Assembly: GCA_015521265.1 (NCBI GenBank)
Contig: WAON01000050.1
Location: forward strand, 1 to 24,734
From: Desulfurococcales archaeon
GTDB taxonomy: Archaea; Thermoproteota; Thermoprotei_A; Sulfolobales; Desulfurococcaceae
Length of the DNA stretch: 24,734 nt
Reading direction: 5' to 3'
Below are positions 1 through 8,200 of the stretch, piece by piece. Positions within the stretch are counted from its first letter, which is position 1. Each line of letters starts with the position of its first letter. The notes under the pieces were generated by a model, which was given only the letters and a program-made list of their open reading frames with translations, did not search any database and had not been told where the DNA came from. Position numbers and translations under genes: made by a program.

Positions 1-1
1 G

Positions 2-856
2 TCTAGATATTTCTACTAGACTAGATTTCTTTGATAGTTTATTTATAATTTTTATAAAGCTACTGCCGAAAATACTATCAGAATTAACTTTAGCATTAAT
101 CAATTTCAGCTTTCCATAGCCTCTATTAGTGTTTTTGCCTATTCCTGTCACTTTTAACGCTAGGGCTAGGCTGTAGCCGAGTAGGGCTTCCCAGAATGGA
201 TCAGTATCTTTCCTTAGCGTAGCTTTAAGTCTAAACCTGTATGTACATGGGGGTAGGGGGATTAAATCGTAGTTTCTATTTGTCATTTTTGCTGGGCGAT
301 CTTTTCTTGATAGTAGTTGGTGTTGAACTTTTCTCGATATTAAAATTTTACTTAGAAGTATGAGGTTGGGAGGGCATGGTTCTAAATAGTTATTTTTACA
401 AGGGTTAATGTCGGGTTCCTTTAAAAGATCCCATTTTAATTGACGTATTTCACGAGTGTTTATGTCAGGATAATTAAGGCTCTTAATCAGAGATGTGTTT
501 TCAGTCATAATAACTAATTTTGAAGCCTCGGCCCCTCTACCGCTTCTATCTATTTTGCCGAATACTTCACTGATTAACTCGTTGGCTGTTCTTAGTGTTG
601 GAAAGTATCCTGTGAGCTCGTAGATTAATCCTCCTATTATTGCTCGGGCCCACCACCTGGTTTTTCCGATTATGTCCGTTGGGCGTGGAGGCTCGATCGT
701 GTAGCCTCCGGGCTTGCTGCTCCATCCTCCGAGCCATCCACCGACGAGTGCTGGTGTGATATTGGTAAACTCGGCATCTACTAGTATTTCACTATTAATG
801 ATCCCGTCTGCAATGTTTACAATGTCCTTAATCCCTAGAGGATCACTTGTCATCAT
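2..856 (-). CDS. cmr1: Type III-B CRISPR RAMP protein Cmr1 (3'-truncated by the window edge)
   Basis: Manual translation from ATG at 856 gives an open frame to the window edge: MMTSDPLG...EFTNITPALVGGW...PRPTDIIGKTRWWARA...EVFG...ASKL...TGIGKNTNRGYG. These match the Cmr1 RAMP motifs (TP..GG, xxGxxRWWxRA, FG...AS, Gly-rich loop). A GGAGG RBS lies at 861-865. It follows cmr4-cmr5. It is not in the ORF track because there is no stop codon in the window. Confidence 0.85.
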   Translation of the reverse strand, partial: MMTSDPLGIKDIVNIADGIINSEILVDAEFTNITPALVGGWLGGWSSKPGGYTIEPPRPTDIIGKTRWWARAIIGGLIYELTGYFPTLRTANELISEVFGKIDRSGRGAEASKLVIMTENTSLIKSLNYPDINTREIRQLKWDLLKEPDINPCKNNYLEPCPPNLILLSKILISRKVQHQLLSRKDRPAKMTNRNYDLIPLPPCTYRFRLKATLRKDTDPFWEALLGYSLALALKVTGIGKNTNRGYGKLKLINAKVNSDSIFGSSFIKIINKLSKKSSLVEISR

Positions 857-881
857 CCTGCCTCCTTTAAAAGCGGGTTCA

Positions 882-1562
882 TCATGTTGTTTGTGTTTCT
901 TCGCTTAGTAACTGGTTCTTAAAGGTTGTAAGGTAGATATCTATTAGTCTCCTACCTATATCGGCTATACGTAAAACTAATCCTCCCGGAATTTTTCCCT
1001 CTGCTAGTTCATCGATTAATTTCTCGAGCATGGTTGTTCCTTTCTTATCATTATTACGTTCACCTCTATCGTCTTTGAGCAGACCTAGAAAGTATAAGCT
1101 TTTAATAATAAATCCGAGGTAGAGGGCGTATGAAAGGCTTGTAATATCTCCACCCTTAACATTTATTTTTTTATCCTTCGCTTCAATGATTGTATTCATT
1201 AAATCGTCGATTTTCTTATCTAAGATTTTCTTATCTAAATCATCACTATCTTTGAGGGAAATTAGTTGTAGAGCAACCTCTAATCCTTCATGTTTTGTCT
1301 TAACGGCATGCGTCCCCATAAATAATATCGTGTATAGGGGTCCCCAAGTAGTCATTAGGCTGAGTGCATTCTGCGCTCTCCTAATCACGCCATCAGCTAG
1401 ATCCTCAAGAGCCTTCTTACCATTTCCACGCTTAACTATCTTGTCTATCTTGTTCTCTAATTTCTCCATTATCTCTTCGATACATTTAACGTTTTTAAGC
1501 ACGATCTTATTTATGTCTCGTTCATCTTTTCTCGCTAGGCAGGAAGAGGATTCTTCAGCCAT
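882..1562 (-). CDS. cmr5: Type III-B small subunit Cmr5 (Cas11), 226 aa
   Basis: Helical-looking protein between cmr4 and cmr1. RAQNALSLMTTWGPLYTILF resembles the Cmr5 motif (xxPxLIxxxGLxxTLxF). The RBS GGGTGA overlaps the cmr4 stop. The call relies on position plus one motif. Confidence 0.7.
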   Translation of the reverse strand: MAEESSSCLARKDERDINKIVLKNVKCIEEIMEKLENKIDKIVKRGNGKKALEDLADGVIRRAQNALSLMTTWGPLYTILFMGTHAVKTKHEGLEVALQLISLKDSDDLDKKILDKKIDDLMNTIIEAKDKKINVKGGDITSLSYALYLGFIIKSLYFLGLLKDDRGERNNDKKGTTMLEKLIDELAEGKIPGGLVLRIADIGRRLIDIYLTTFKNQLLSEETQTT

Positions 1563-1571
1563 TTAGAAGGA

Positions 1572-2537
1572 TCACCCGGCGATCTTTATCCTTACAAGCC
1601 CCTTCCCAACGGTTTCCTTCCCACCAATTACGAGTACGCCTTCATCAGCGTAATCGAGCATTATCCTCCTATTACGAGACTTTGCATCATCGGCTGAGAT
1701 TATACAGTTCCTAGTCTTAACGGATCTGTATATCGATGCAAAATAGAAGACAGCCCCCTGAGAAACATACTCCTCACTCCACAGAGCACCGGGCATAACG
1801 GCTTTCCTCTTATAATCAAGCCTTATCCTAGTCTGCCTAATAATCCCGGCTTCAACAATTTCCCTAAAAACTTTATCGTCAAAAACATAGACCCCGCCGT
1901 TTAGTAGATTCTCGTCTAGCTTACCCATGTTTTTAATTATATCAACAAGCCCGCCGAGCAGTTCGCTAAGCTTTTCCTTCTCATAATACTTTCTACAACC
2001 TTCCCGTACTATTACGTTATTAACAATTAAATCACCACAGGCCTCGTCAGAATTAGAATTATTAGGATCGGAATTATCAAGTTTAATAGTGAAGTCTAAC
2101 AGATCATGGCCTACTATACTCAGATTTTCCACGAAATCATTATATCTCGATACGAGTAGGTTACTAGTAGCATAGGCGAAGGCCGGCGGATCTTCCCCAC
2201 TACTGTATTTCTCCACTCGTATAGGGTATAGTAGTAGATAGGCGTCAGTGAAGGATACTGGGCTAACCCATACCTCCTCCTCACTAATACTTTCTTCACT
2301 ACGACTATCAACACCGTAGTAAACAGTACACTCCCTGGGAACCTCTCCGGACTCCAATAGTTTTCTCAGCATACACTTAGACTTAACAACACCCTTAATA
2401 CTACTACCCGGAACATATGGGTAGCCGAAGCCGTCCCGAGCAACCGGTAAATCAACACTACCAACAGTACGCCCAACACCAACATGAAGAGGAGTAATAG
2501 TAGTTAAAAAGTATAAATCACTAGAATACGTCCTCAA
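1572..2537 (-). CDS. cmr4: Type III-B CRISPR RAMP protein Cmr4 (Cas7-family target-RNA nuclease)
   Basis: Motifs TPLHVGVG...VDLPVARD.FGYPYVPGSSIKG, F.DA.LLLYPIR, ALWSEEYV and C-terminal GGKETVGKG are diagnostic of Cmr4. The Asp in the VDLP motif (D29), equivalent to the catalytic Asp, is present. TTG start. Confidence 0.95.
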   Translation of the reverse strand: MRTYSSDLYFLTTITPLHVGVGRTVGSVDLPVARDGFGYPYVPGSSIKGVVKSKCMLRKLLESGEVPRECTVYYGVDSRSEESISEEEVWVSPVSFTDAYLLLYPIRVEKYSSGEDPPAFAYATSNLLVSRYNDFVENLSIVGHDLLDFTIKLDNSDPNNSNSDEACGDLIVNNVIVREGCRKYYEKEKLSELLGGLVDIIKNMGKLDENLLNGGVYVFDDKVFREIVEAGIIRQTRIRLDYKRKAVMPGALWSEEYVSQGAVFYFASIYRSVKTRNCIISADDAKSRNRRIMLDYADEGVLVIGGKETVGKGLVRIKIAG

Positions 2538-3361
2538 CCCTCAGAGCCACCAGTTCCGCTCTTACCCCTTCCTTCCCTAGTCTCCTTTGTCTCGGTCGAA
2601 TTTAACCTATTCATAATATTCTCTATAATGTTAGAAATTTTTTCGTGATCAATCGAAATAGTTTCAGTACGATTCTCCTTAAGCCATAGTACAGCGTAAT
2701 ATGTTATAGCGGCAGCATCACCCTTAGACGGGCATAGTGTAAATTCGATATTTCTATCTTTTTTCCTTAATAGAAATGTTCTTAGAAATTCAAGCATCCA
2801 TTCTATATCCCTGTTAACTTCAAAACTCGAAGCAGCTCCAATGTAGGCCGTTGCTAAAAGCGTCATGAAGGAACACTTATTCTCTTTACTTAGTGCGTTC
2901 AGAATTTTCTCAATATCATCTTTTAGGTTACCAGCTCTATTCTCATCATAGCATGTGTCGAAGAGGAATCGTGCAGTATTGACTTTTCTTTTATCTTCTC
3001 GTCCTAATTTTTTGTATACTTCCTCATAGTTTTTCTTAATCTTCGATAGAAACTCCGTATAGTTTTGGGTTGATAGGGGTGAGGGAACATCTTTGGTTAT
3101 TTTGCTGAAGACATCATCTGGTTGTTTTCCGCATATATTATTAATATTTTCATTGCTGATCTCCAGCATTTTCTTTAGAAGAGCTTTTAGACAATTCTTT
3201 AAATCTTCTTGGTCTTTTATTAGTTTGTCAATGAGGTAGTCTACCAGTTTTCCCCGTAATTCATCTATATTACAGGTAGTGGTTGAAGGAGATTTTAGGG
3301 TTAGGAGGTTTATAATATTATCTAAGTTGCATTCATTGGGACTGTTTGTCAAGGTTATCAC
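2534..3361 (-). CDS. Hypothetical 275-aa protein, first gene of the cmr operon
   Basis: GTG start ~25 nt downstream of a TATA box. Its TGA stop overlaps the TTG start of cmr4 (TTGA). Lys/Glu/Asn-rich, predicted helical, 7 Cys. No family recognised. Confidence 0.75.
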   Translation of the reverse strand: MITLTNSPNECNLDNIINLLTLKSPSTTTCNIDELRGKLVDYLIDKLIKDQEDLKNCLKALLKKMLEISNENINNICGKQPDDVFSKITKDVPSPLSTQNYTEFLSKIKKNYEEVYKKLGREDKRKVNTARFLFDTCYDENRAGNLKDDIEKILNALSKENKCSFMTLLATAYIGAASSFEVNRDIEWMLEFLRTFLLRKKDRNIEFTLCPSKGDAAAITYYAVLWLKENRTETISIDHEKISNIIENIMNRLNSTETKETREGRGKSGTGGSEG

Positions 3362-3385
3362 TTGATCAATAGTTTCCTGGTTGTT

Positions 3386-3400
3386 ATATATAAGTTTTTG
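3386..3400 (-). promoter_or_regulatory. Archaeal BRE-TATA promoter for the cmr operon (likely leaderless transcript)
   Basis: The minus strand reads CAAAAAC-TTATATAT(AA) at 3400-3386, 25 nt before the GTG at 3361. Confidence 0.6.
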
Positions 3401-3480
3401 CTCTTAGGATTAATTTGTATTTTAGTAGTAAAGTTTAAAATATGAATATGAAGGGAATATGGTTTTCCTTGTTTTGTTGG

Positions 3481-5052
3481 TTAGTGTTTCTTCCTTAATA
3501 GTATTGTTACTGTTATTGCTCCTACTATGATACCTGTTAGTATTAGTACTTGGTTTTCTGGTACTGGGTCTGGTTGCTGACTGCATTTTAGTGGTGTGTA
3601 GTAGTCTATGTATCCGTCCTGTACTTCATCCCATGTATTAGGGCCTGTCTTGGTTACTGCGTCTAGTACGTCGCTCGTACCGGATATATCCCATGCATCA
3701 CCGCTTGGGTTCACCCTCACTATTCCTACCGATGCCTTAAACCCTATTCCCCTTGGATCGCTTATGCCTAGATCGCTCCATGCAATAGCTACTTCAACCG
3801 TATCGTTATCGATTGAAGCTACGAATACTGATTTATTAGTCGATACATCCTCCCAGCTAGTATCTACCACGTCTAGCGGGGAGCCATTATTCCATACTTG
3901 TACTCCATCGCCGTAAACCGGCTCGTTACTGCTTACCTGGGAGTTTGAGAGGTCTATTAGGATCTGTCTCTCCCAGTCAGCCGATCCATTGCTAGCAACC
4001 TGTGTCTCAGAATTATATCCTAGATATGTTCCGCCGCTACCGGTTACATTGTCTAGATCCAGTGCAATCATGATGCCGGGCGCGCCATCTACCCCGACCT
4101 TGTAGAGGTCTTGGAAGTTTAATAGGAAGAATAAGTGTGTCTCGTTACATGTTATGTGGAACTCGGTTAGATCGACTAGTACGTCGTAGGTTGATATCTT
4201 AGGCGTTAATACTACGTGGGTAAGGTTTGATAATGTATCGGTATCAGTCCACTCATTAGTTCCACTATCCTCAACGGCGCTGTCATAGGGTACTGTATCG
4301 ACTGCACTCGAGAAACCTGATTGTCCGGCTACCCATATTATTATGGAGAAGTTGGTTGGTGATCCTCCGAGAGCGGACCATGGTATTGCTACTTCCATGA
4401 ATTGTAGACCGCTACTGGTATCGCCGCTGTAAGCGTATGATCCACCGATTCCACTTATAGTTGTCTTACTCCAACCGCTACCAGTCCATTCCGCGAATAA
4501 GTCGCCGCTTAAACCGCTTGTATCGGTCCATGAGAAATAGATTTCGTAGTCTATTGCTGCACCGCTGAATCCTACGTGTATATTGTTTGCATCGCCGTTG
4601 GTACTATCATATACGTAGCCCGAACCGGGCCCATTTATATCGATCCCGATACCGTAATTCACTGTCCAGGAAGCAGTATTCTGGGTATCGAATGCTATGT
4701 ATAAGTAGTTCTCATTCCATCCAACATACGATCTATTAAGGTTTGCGCCATCAAGGTTAAGGCCGGTTGCCTTATCGTACAAGTCTACTACCTGGAAATA
4801 CTTGTCCGGGTCCGCGATCCAGTCGTTCTCTGAGCCGTCGATACTTATTGCTACTATATCATTCCTCGTATCATTCCTAGCATCAACCCATACATATTCT
4901 GAATCAACTATTCCACCGGTATTCGCTGGTAAGCTTGCAGTGATCCAATCAGATGGATCCCCGTCAACATTGATCGTTTTAGCATAGATCACTGCAGTGG
5001 ATAGGATAAGCATAGTTATGAGTAAGAGTATGACTACGTGTTTATAACCCAT
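3481..5052 (-). CDS. Secreted, C-terminally anchored protein with two DOMON-like/CBM9-like sugar-binding domains (~523 aa)
   Basis: The start is reassigned from 5154 to the ATG at 5052, giving the signal peptide MGYKHVVILLLITMLILSTAVIYA. Paired motifs INVDGDPSDW/ISIDGSENDW and EVAIPWSALG/EVAIAWSDLG are typical of DOMON/CBM9-like domains. The C-terminus is PDPVPE + TM helix + RKKH. Confidence 0.7.
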   Translation of the reverse strand: MGYKHVVILLLITMLILSTAVIYAKTINVDGDPSDWITASLPANTGGIVDSEYVWVDARNDTRNDIVAISIDGSENDWIADPDKYFQVVDLYDKATGLNLDGANLNRSYVGWNENYLYIAFDTQNTASWTVNYGIGIDINGPGSGYVYDSTNGDANNIHVGFSGAAIDYEIYFSWTDTSGLSGDLFAEWTGSGWSKTTISGIGGSYAYSGDTSSGLQFMEVAIPWSALGGSPTNFSIIIWVAGQSGFSSAVDTVPYDSAVEDSGTNEWTDTDTLSNLTHVVLTPKISTYDVLVDLTEFHITCNETHLFFLLNFQDLYKVGVDGAPGIMIALDLDNVTGSGGTYLGYNSETQVASNGSADWERQILIDLSNSQVSSNEPVYGDGVQVWNNGSPLDVVDTSWEDVSTNKSVFVASIDNDTVEVAIAWSDLGISDPRGIGFKASVGIVRVNPSGDAWDISGTSDVLDAVTKTGPNTWDEVQDGYIDYYTPLKCSQQPDPVPENQVLILTGIIVGAITVTILLRKKH

Positions 5053-5163
5053 GATGCATCTACCAAGGTTTTCTCCCTTATAGTTTTGCCCATTACCGTA
5101 TTTAATTATTCGGTATAACTTGTCCATACCTCCGGATTTGATTCCGGTGCTCAAACCTAAACA

Positions 5164-5171
5164 TTATATAA
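5164..5171. promoter_or_regulatory. Palindromic TATA-like box (TTATATAA) between the divergent genes
   Basis: TTATATAA is its own reverse complement and is preceded by AAAC on the + strand. Other TATA candidates exist (TTAAATA on the minus strand at ~5105-5099; TTAATTATA at 5221-5229), so the assignment is uncertain. Confidence 0.35.
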
Positions 5172-5203
5172 TCAATTGTTTAGACAACCATTAGCCTCCG
5201 AGT

Positions 5204-5262
5204 CAGGGGGATGTGGAGACTTAATTATACAATCCACTCCCCCTGCAACCAGGGGCTGTGGA
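5204..5262 (+). repeat. Three related GC-rich motifs (direct, inverted, direct) upstream of the giant gene
   Basis: CAGGGGGATGTGGA (5204-5217), TCCACTCCCCCTG (5233-5245; reverse complement CAGGGGGAGTGGA) and CAGGGGCTGTGGA (5250-5262). Confidence 0.85.
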
Positions 5263-5296
5263 AGAGTTGACTCAAATGATTCGGGATTGATAAGAC

Positions 5297-8200
5297 ATGT
5301 ATAAGCCGTTATTCATAATTGTACTCGTCATAATCTTAACTGGGTTAATCCTACCCATAACATATGGGTTAAACACTTCCAGCATTAATGATTCAAACAA
5401 ATACCTAGACTACCACTACTGGGCAACCATAACACACAAGCCCGAAAAACTCGAGAAGCTCATCAACGAAGTAATACCAAGCAATGGATCAATACATAAC
5501 GACATTGCAGAATACATGTTCTGGAACCACGTAATACCAGAAAAATGGGGTTATGGATACTATGAGAAAATACTATACGATAAACTAATACCCAGAAACA
5601 CCAGCAGCTCATACTATTACAAAACATACTTTAGAGACATAATAGGATACGGCTTCGAAGCATACTACATGGGATTCACTAATGTTACACCATTAGTAGA
5701 GCCGAGGGTCTACAGCTACTACCTTGACACACTGTTCGGATACCTAATACCGAAAAACTACAGCAGCGGGTTCTACTATGACACAGTATTCTACAAACTA
5801 TACTATAACTCGGTATGGGATTATCCAAGAATACTAGCAAACATAGCCTACAACACACCCTACGGATCATACATTGCACAAATACTAACAAGGATAGATA
5901 TGATGAAATGGCTTGACAGGTTCGGCAATCAGACGATTACTGGGAACAGCACTCCTTCACTCCTAGATACAAACCTAACCGGAACTATAAGGATAAAACT
6001 AGTAAGCATAGACGGCCCAGTAGAATACGCAGACGTATCCCTATACCGTAAAACACCATGCATCTATGGATCCTATTGCGGAGTAGATTATGTAGCTTCA
6101 AAATTCACAGATGCTAATGGAACAGTAGTATTCCACGTATACGCTGGAACCTACCAGATAGTGCTGGATGCAAAGGCTTATGGAGTAATAGATAATGTAA
6201 CGTTGAATCCGGGGGAGGAGAAGAATATAACGTTAATGCTTGGAAAGACGACTATAACCCTATACGATGCAGACAATTACCGGATGGCTTGGCTTTCAAT
6301 CTCAATATATCAGCAGAGGAATACTCCTGAGGGTCCTAAGCCGGGCTACTTTATCGCAAACACTATGCTCAGCGATAATGGAACGCTAACAGCCTATTTC
6401 ATTGAAGGAACATACATGATAAGACCACACGTATACAACTTGGAAAACCCCTATATATCCGGGATCGAGGCTGTAGCGGGGGTTACTAGGAGCTACGTAT
6501 TCCACCTAGACGTTGTAAAAGTTACGATAAAACCCCACACACCAGTACCGCTAGACTACTCGGGATTATACCCTTCAATATATATTTCAACACAGCCATA
6601 CTCGTGGGATTATTCGGTAGAGATATCTAATGGTGTTGGAACAATATGGGTTAAGCCCGGCGATTACTTCGTCTACATACCCTACATATACTTTAAAGGA
6701 CTAAGTACTAGGGCTAACATACTGTTCCCGATCCATGTAGCCGTCGGCTCAACTAACACTTTCTACTACGACCTAGGAGTACTATGGTGGAAGCCTAGTA
6801 ATGTAAACCATGAATCCGTTATGACGCTTACGGTCTACAGTGTGAAGACGATTAATGGAACAATTTATAGTACGCGTCTAGAAGGCGATGTAAATATTAA
6901 ATGGGGAGACTACCTCCTACTCCCACCTATGAAGACATACTTGTTCAAGCCAACAATGGGGCTTAATAGTTCAAAGTACAACTTCACAGTATACGTTACG
7001 CCGACGACAAACTACGAGTACACTGGGAACCTACCAGTAGGATATCTAAACGTAACACTAATCTATAACAATACAAGCCTCTACGACACCTATGAATTAA
7101 TAGATAAGCATAGTCAAAACAGCCTATACTATCAAACCCCACAACTAGTAGCCCTACTACCCGGAGACTACGTGTTGAATATGAAGCATATAGGGCTGGG
7201 AGGAGTAGTAGATAATTTAACGATAACACCCGGCGTAGTAGTAGGCCAAGTGTTTCGGACCGGTAAGCTAGTCGTAAATGTTTCATCATATAATGGCGAG
7301 AGGGCTTCGGAATGGATACCGGTAATTGTTGTGCAGGGTAATGATACGAGCGGGGAATTCATCACTAGTGGATGGACTACAAGAAGCTTAGCATTCTACC
7401 TACTACCAGGTAGCTACACGGTCATAGTACCCGGGATCAACACTACTTATGAATGGTACGTCAACATAGGGTATGGTGAGACTAGGCTAGACTTAAACGT
7501 TTCAGAAGCGAATGTAACGGAGACATACTTCAACCTAGGCAGGATAATGGTAAACATCGACCTCCCCGGCTCGCCTGAAAGCATCCGCAGCTACATTAGA
7601 ATAGTTATCGCTGAACAGAGAGTAGTTAATGGAACACCGGTTCCCGGAAGAATTATCCGGGAAGAGCCTTACTGGCACCTCCCATTGACGGCTAGCTTCG
7701 AAGTAACCCCTGGAATATACATGGTTTATCTTGAAGGTTCTGATGGGAAACCGATTAATGGAACGTTGACGTCGAATATCGCTGTTGATCCTAATGGATT
7801 AGCTATCGTTAACTATACGTTATCAATACTAAGAGTAAGGCTAGTAGTAAATAACACTCCGGTACCCGGCGTTGACATCGATATCTATAGGGGGACCGGT
7901 GATAATAGACAGTATTACTCGGAGATAACGACTGATGCAAGCGGTACAGCTGTTATAGCATTACCGCCTGGAAACTATAGTTTATGGACATTCGTACCGA
8001 TAGAGGATGAAGATCACCTATTAGGAACAGTCAATGTAACAGGGAATGGGCTAGTAATAAATAAGACACTCCAGTATCCCGGAGGATTCATAGTCCTACG
8101 CCTACTAGGACCCGGCGGTGAGCCAGCGGCTAATGTTAGGGTCCAGTTCAGATCCCTAGACCGCTACTCCTCAGAGATCATCTACACCGATATGGATGGG

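Noticed and set aside
850-885. Two ATGATGA motifs on the minus strand resembling C and C' boxes of a C/D sRNA
   Set aside because: There is no CTGA D' or D box at the required positions. The motifs are explained by the cmr5 stop and the cmr1 Met-Met start.
714-2314. ORF-track entries 714..908(+), 1186..1566(+) and 2120..2314(-)
   Set aside because: They are shadow or alternative-frame ORFs overlapping cmr1, cmr5 and cmr4, with no protein-like motifs.
3608-4987. ORFs 3608..3916(+) and 4802..4987(+)
   Set aside because: They are antisense shadows of the CBM9-like gene.
2534-5052. CBM9-like gene as part of the cmr operon (same strand, 119 nt upstream)
   Set aside because: A separate BRE-TATA promoter lies between them, and a secreted sugar-binding protein has no evident link to Cmr function. 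Adjacency alone is insufficient.
5053-5154. 34-aa N-terminal extension of the 557-aa ORF
   Set aside because: It would bury the signal peptide. The ATG at 5052 gives a canonical signal peptide, and the extension overlaps likely promoter sequence.
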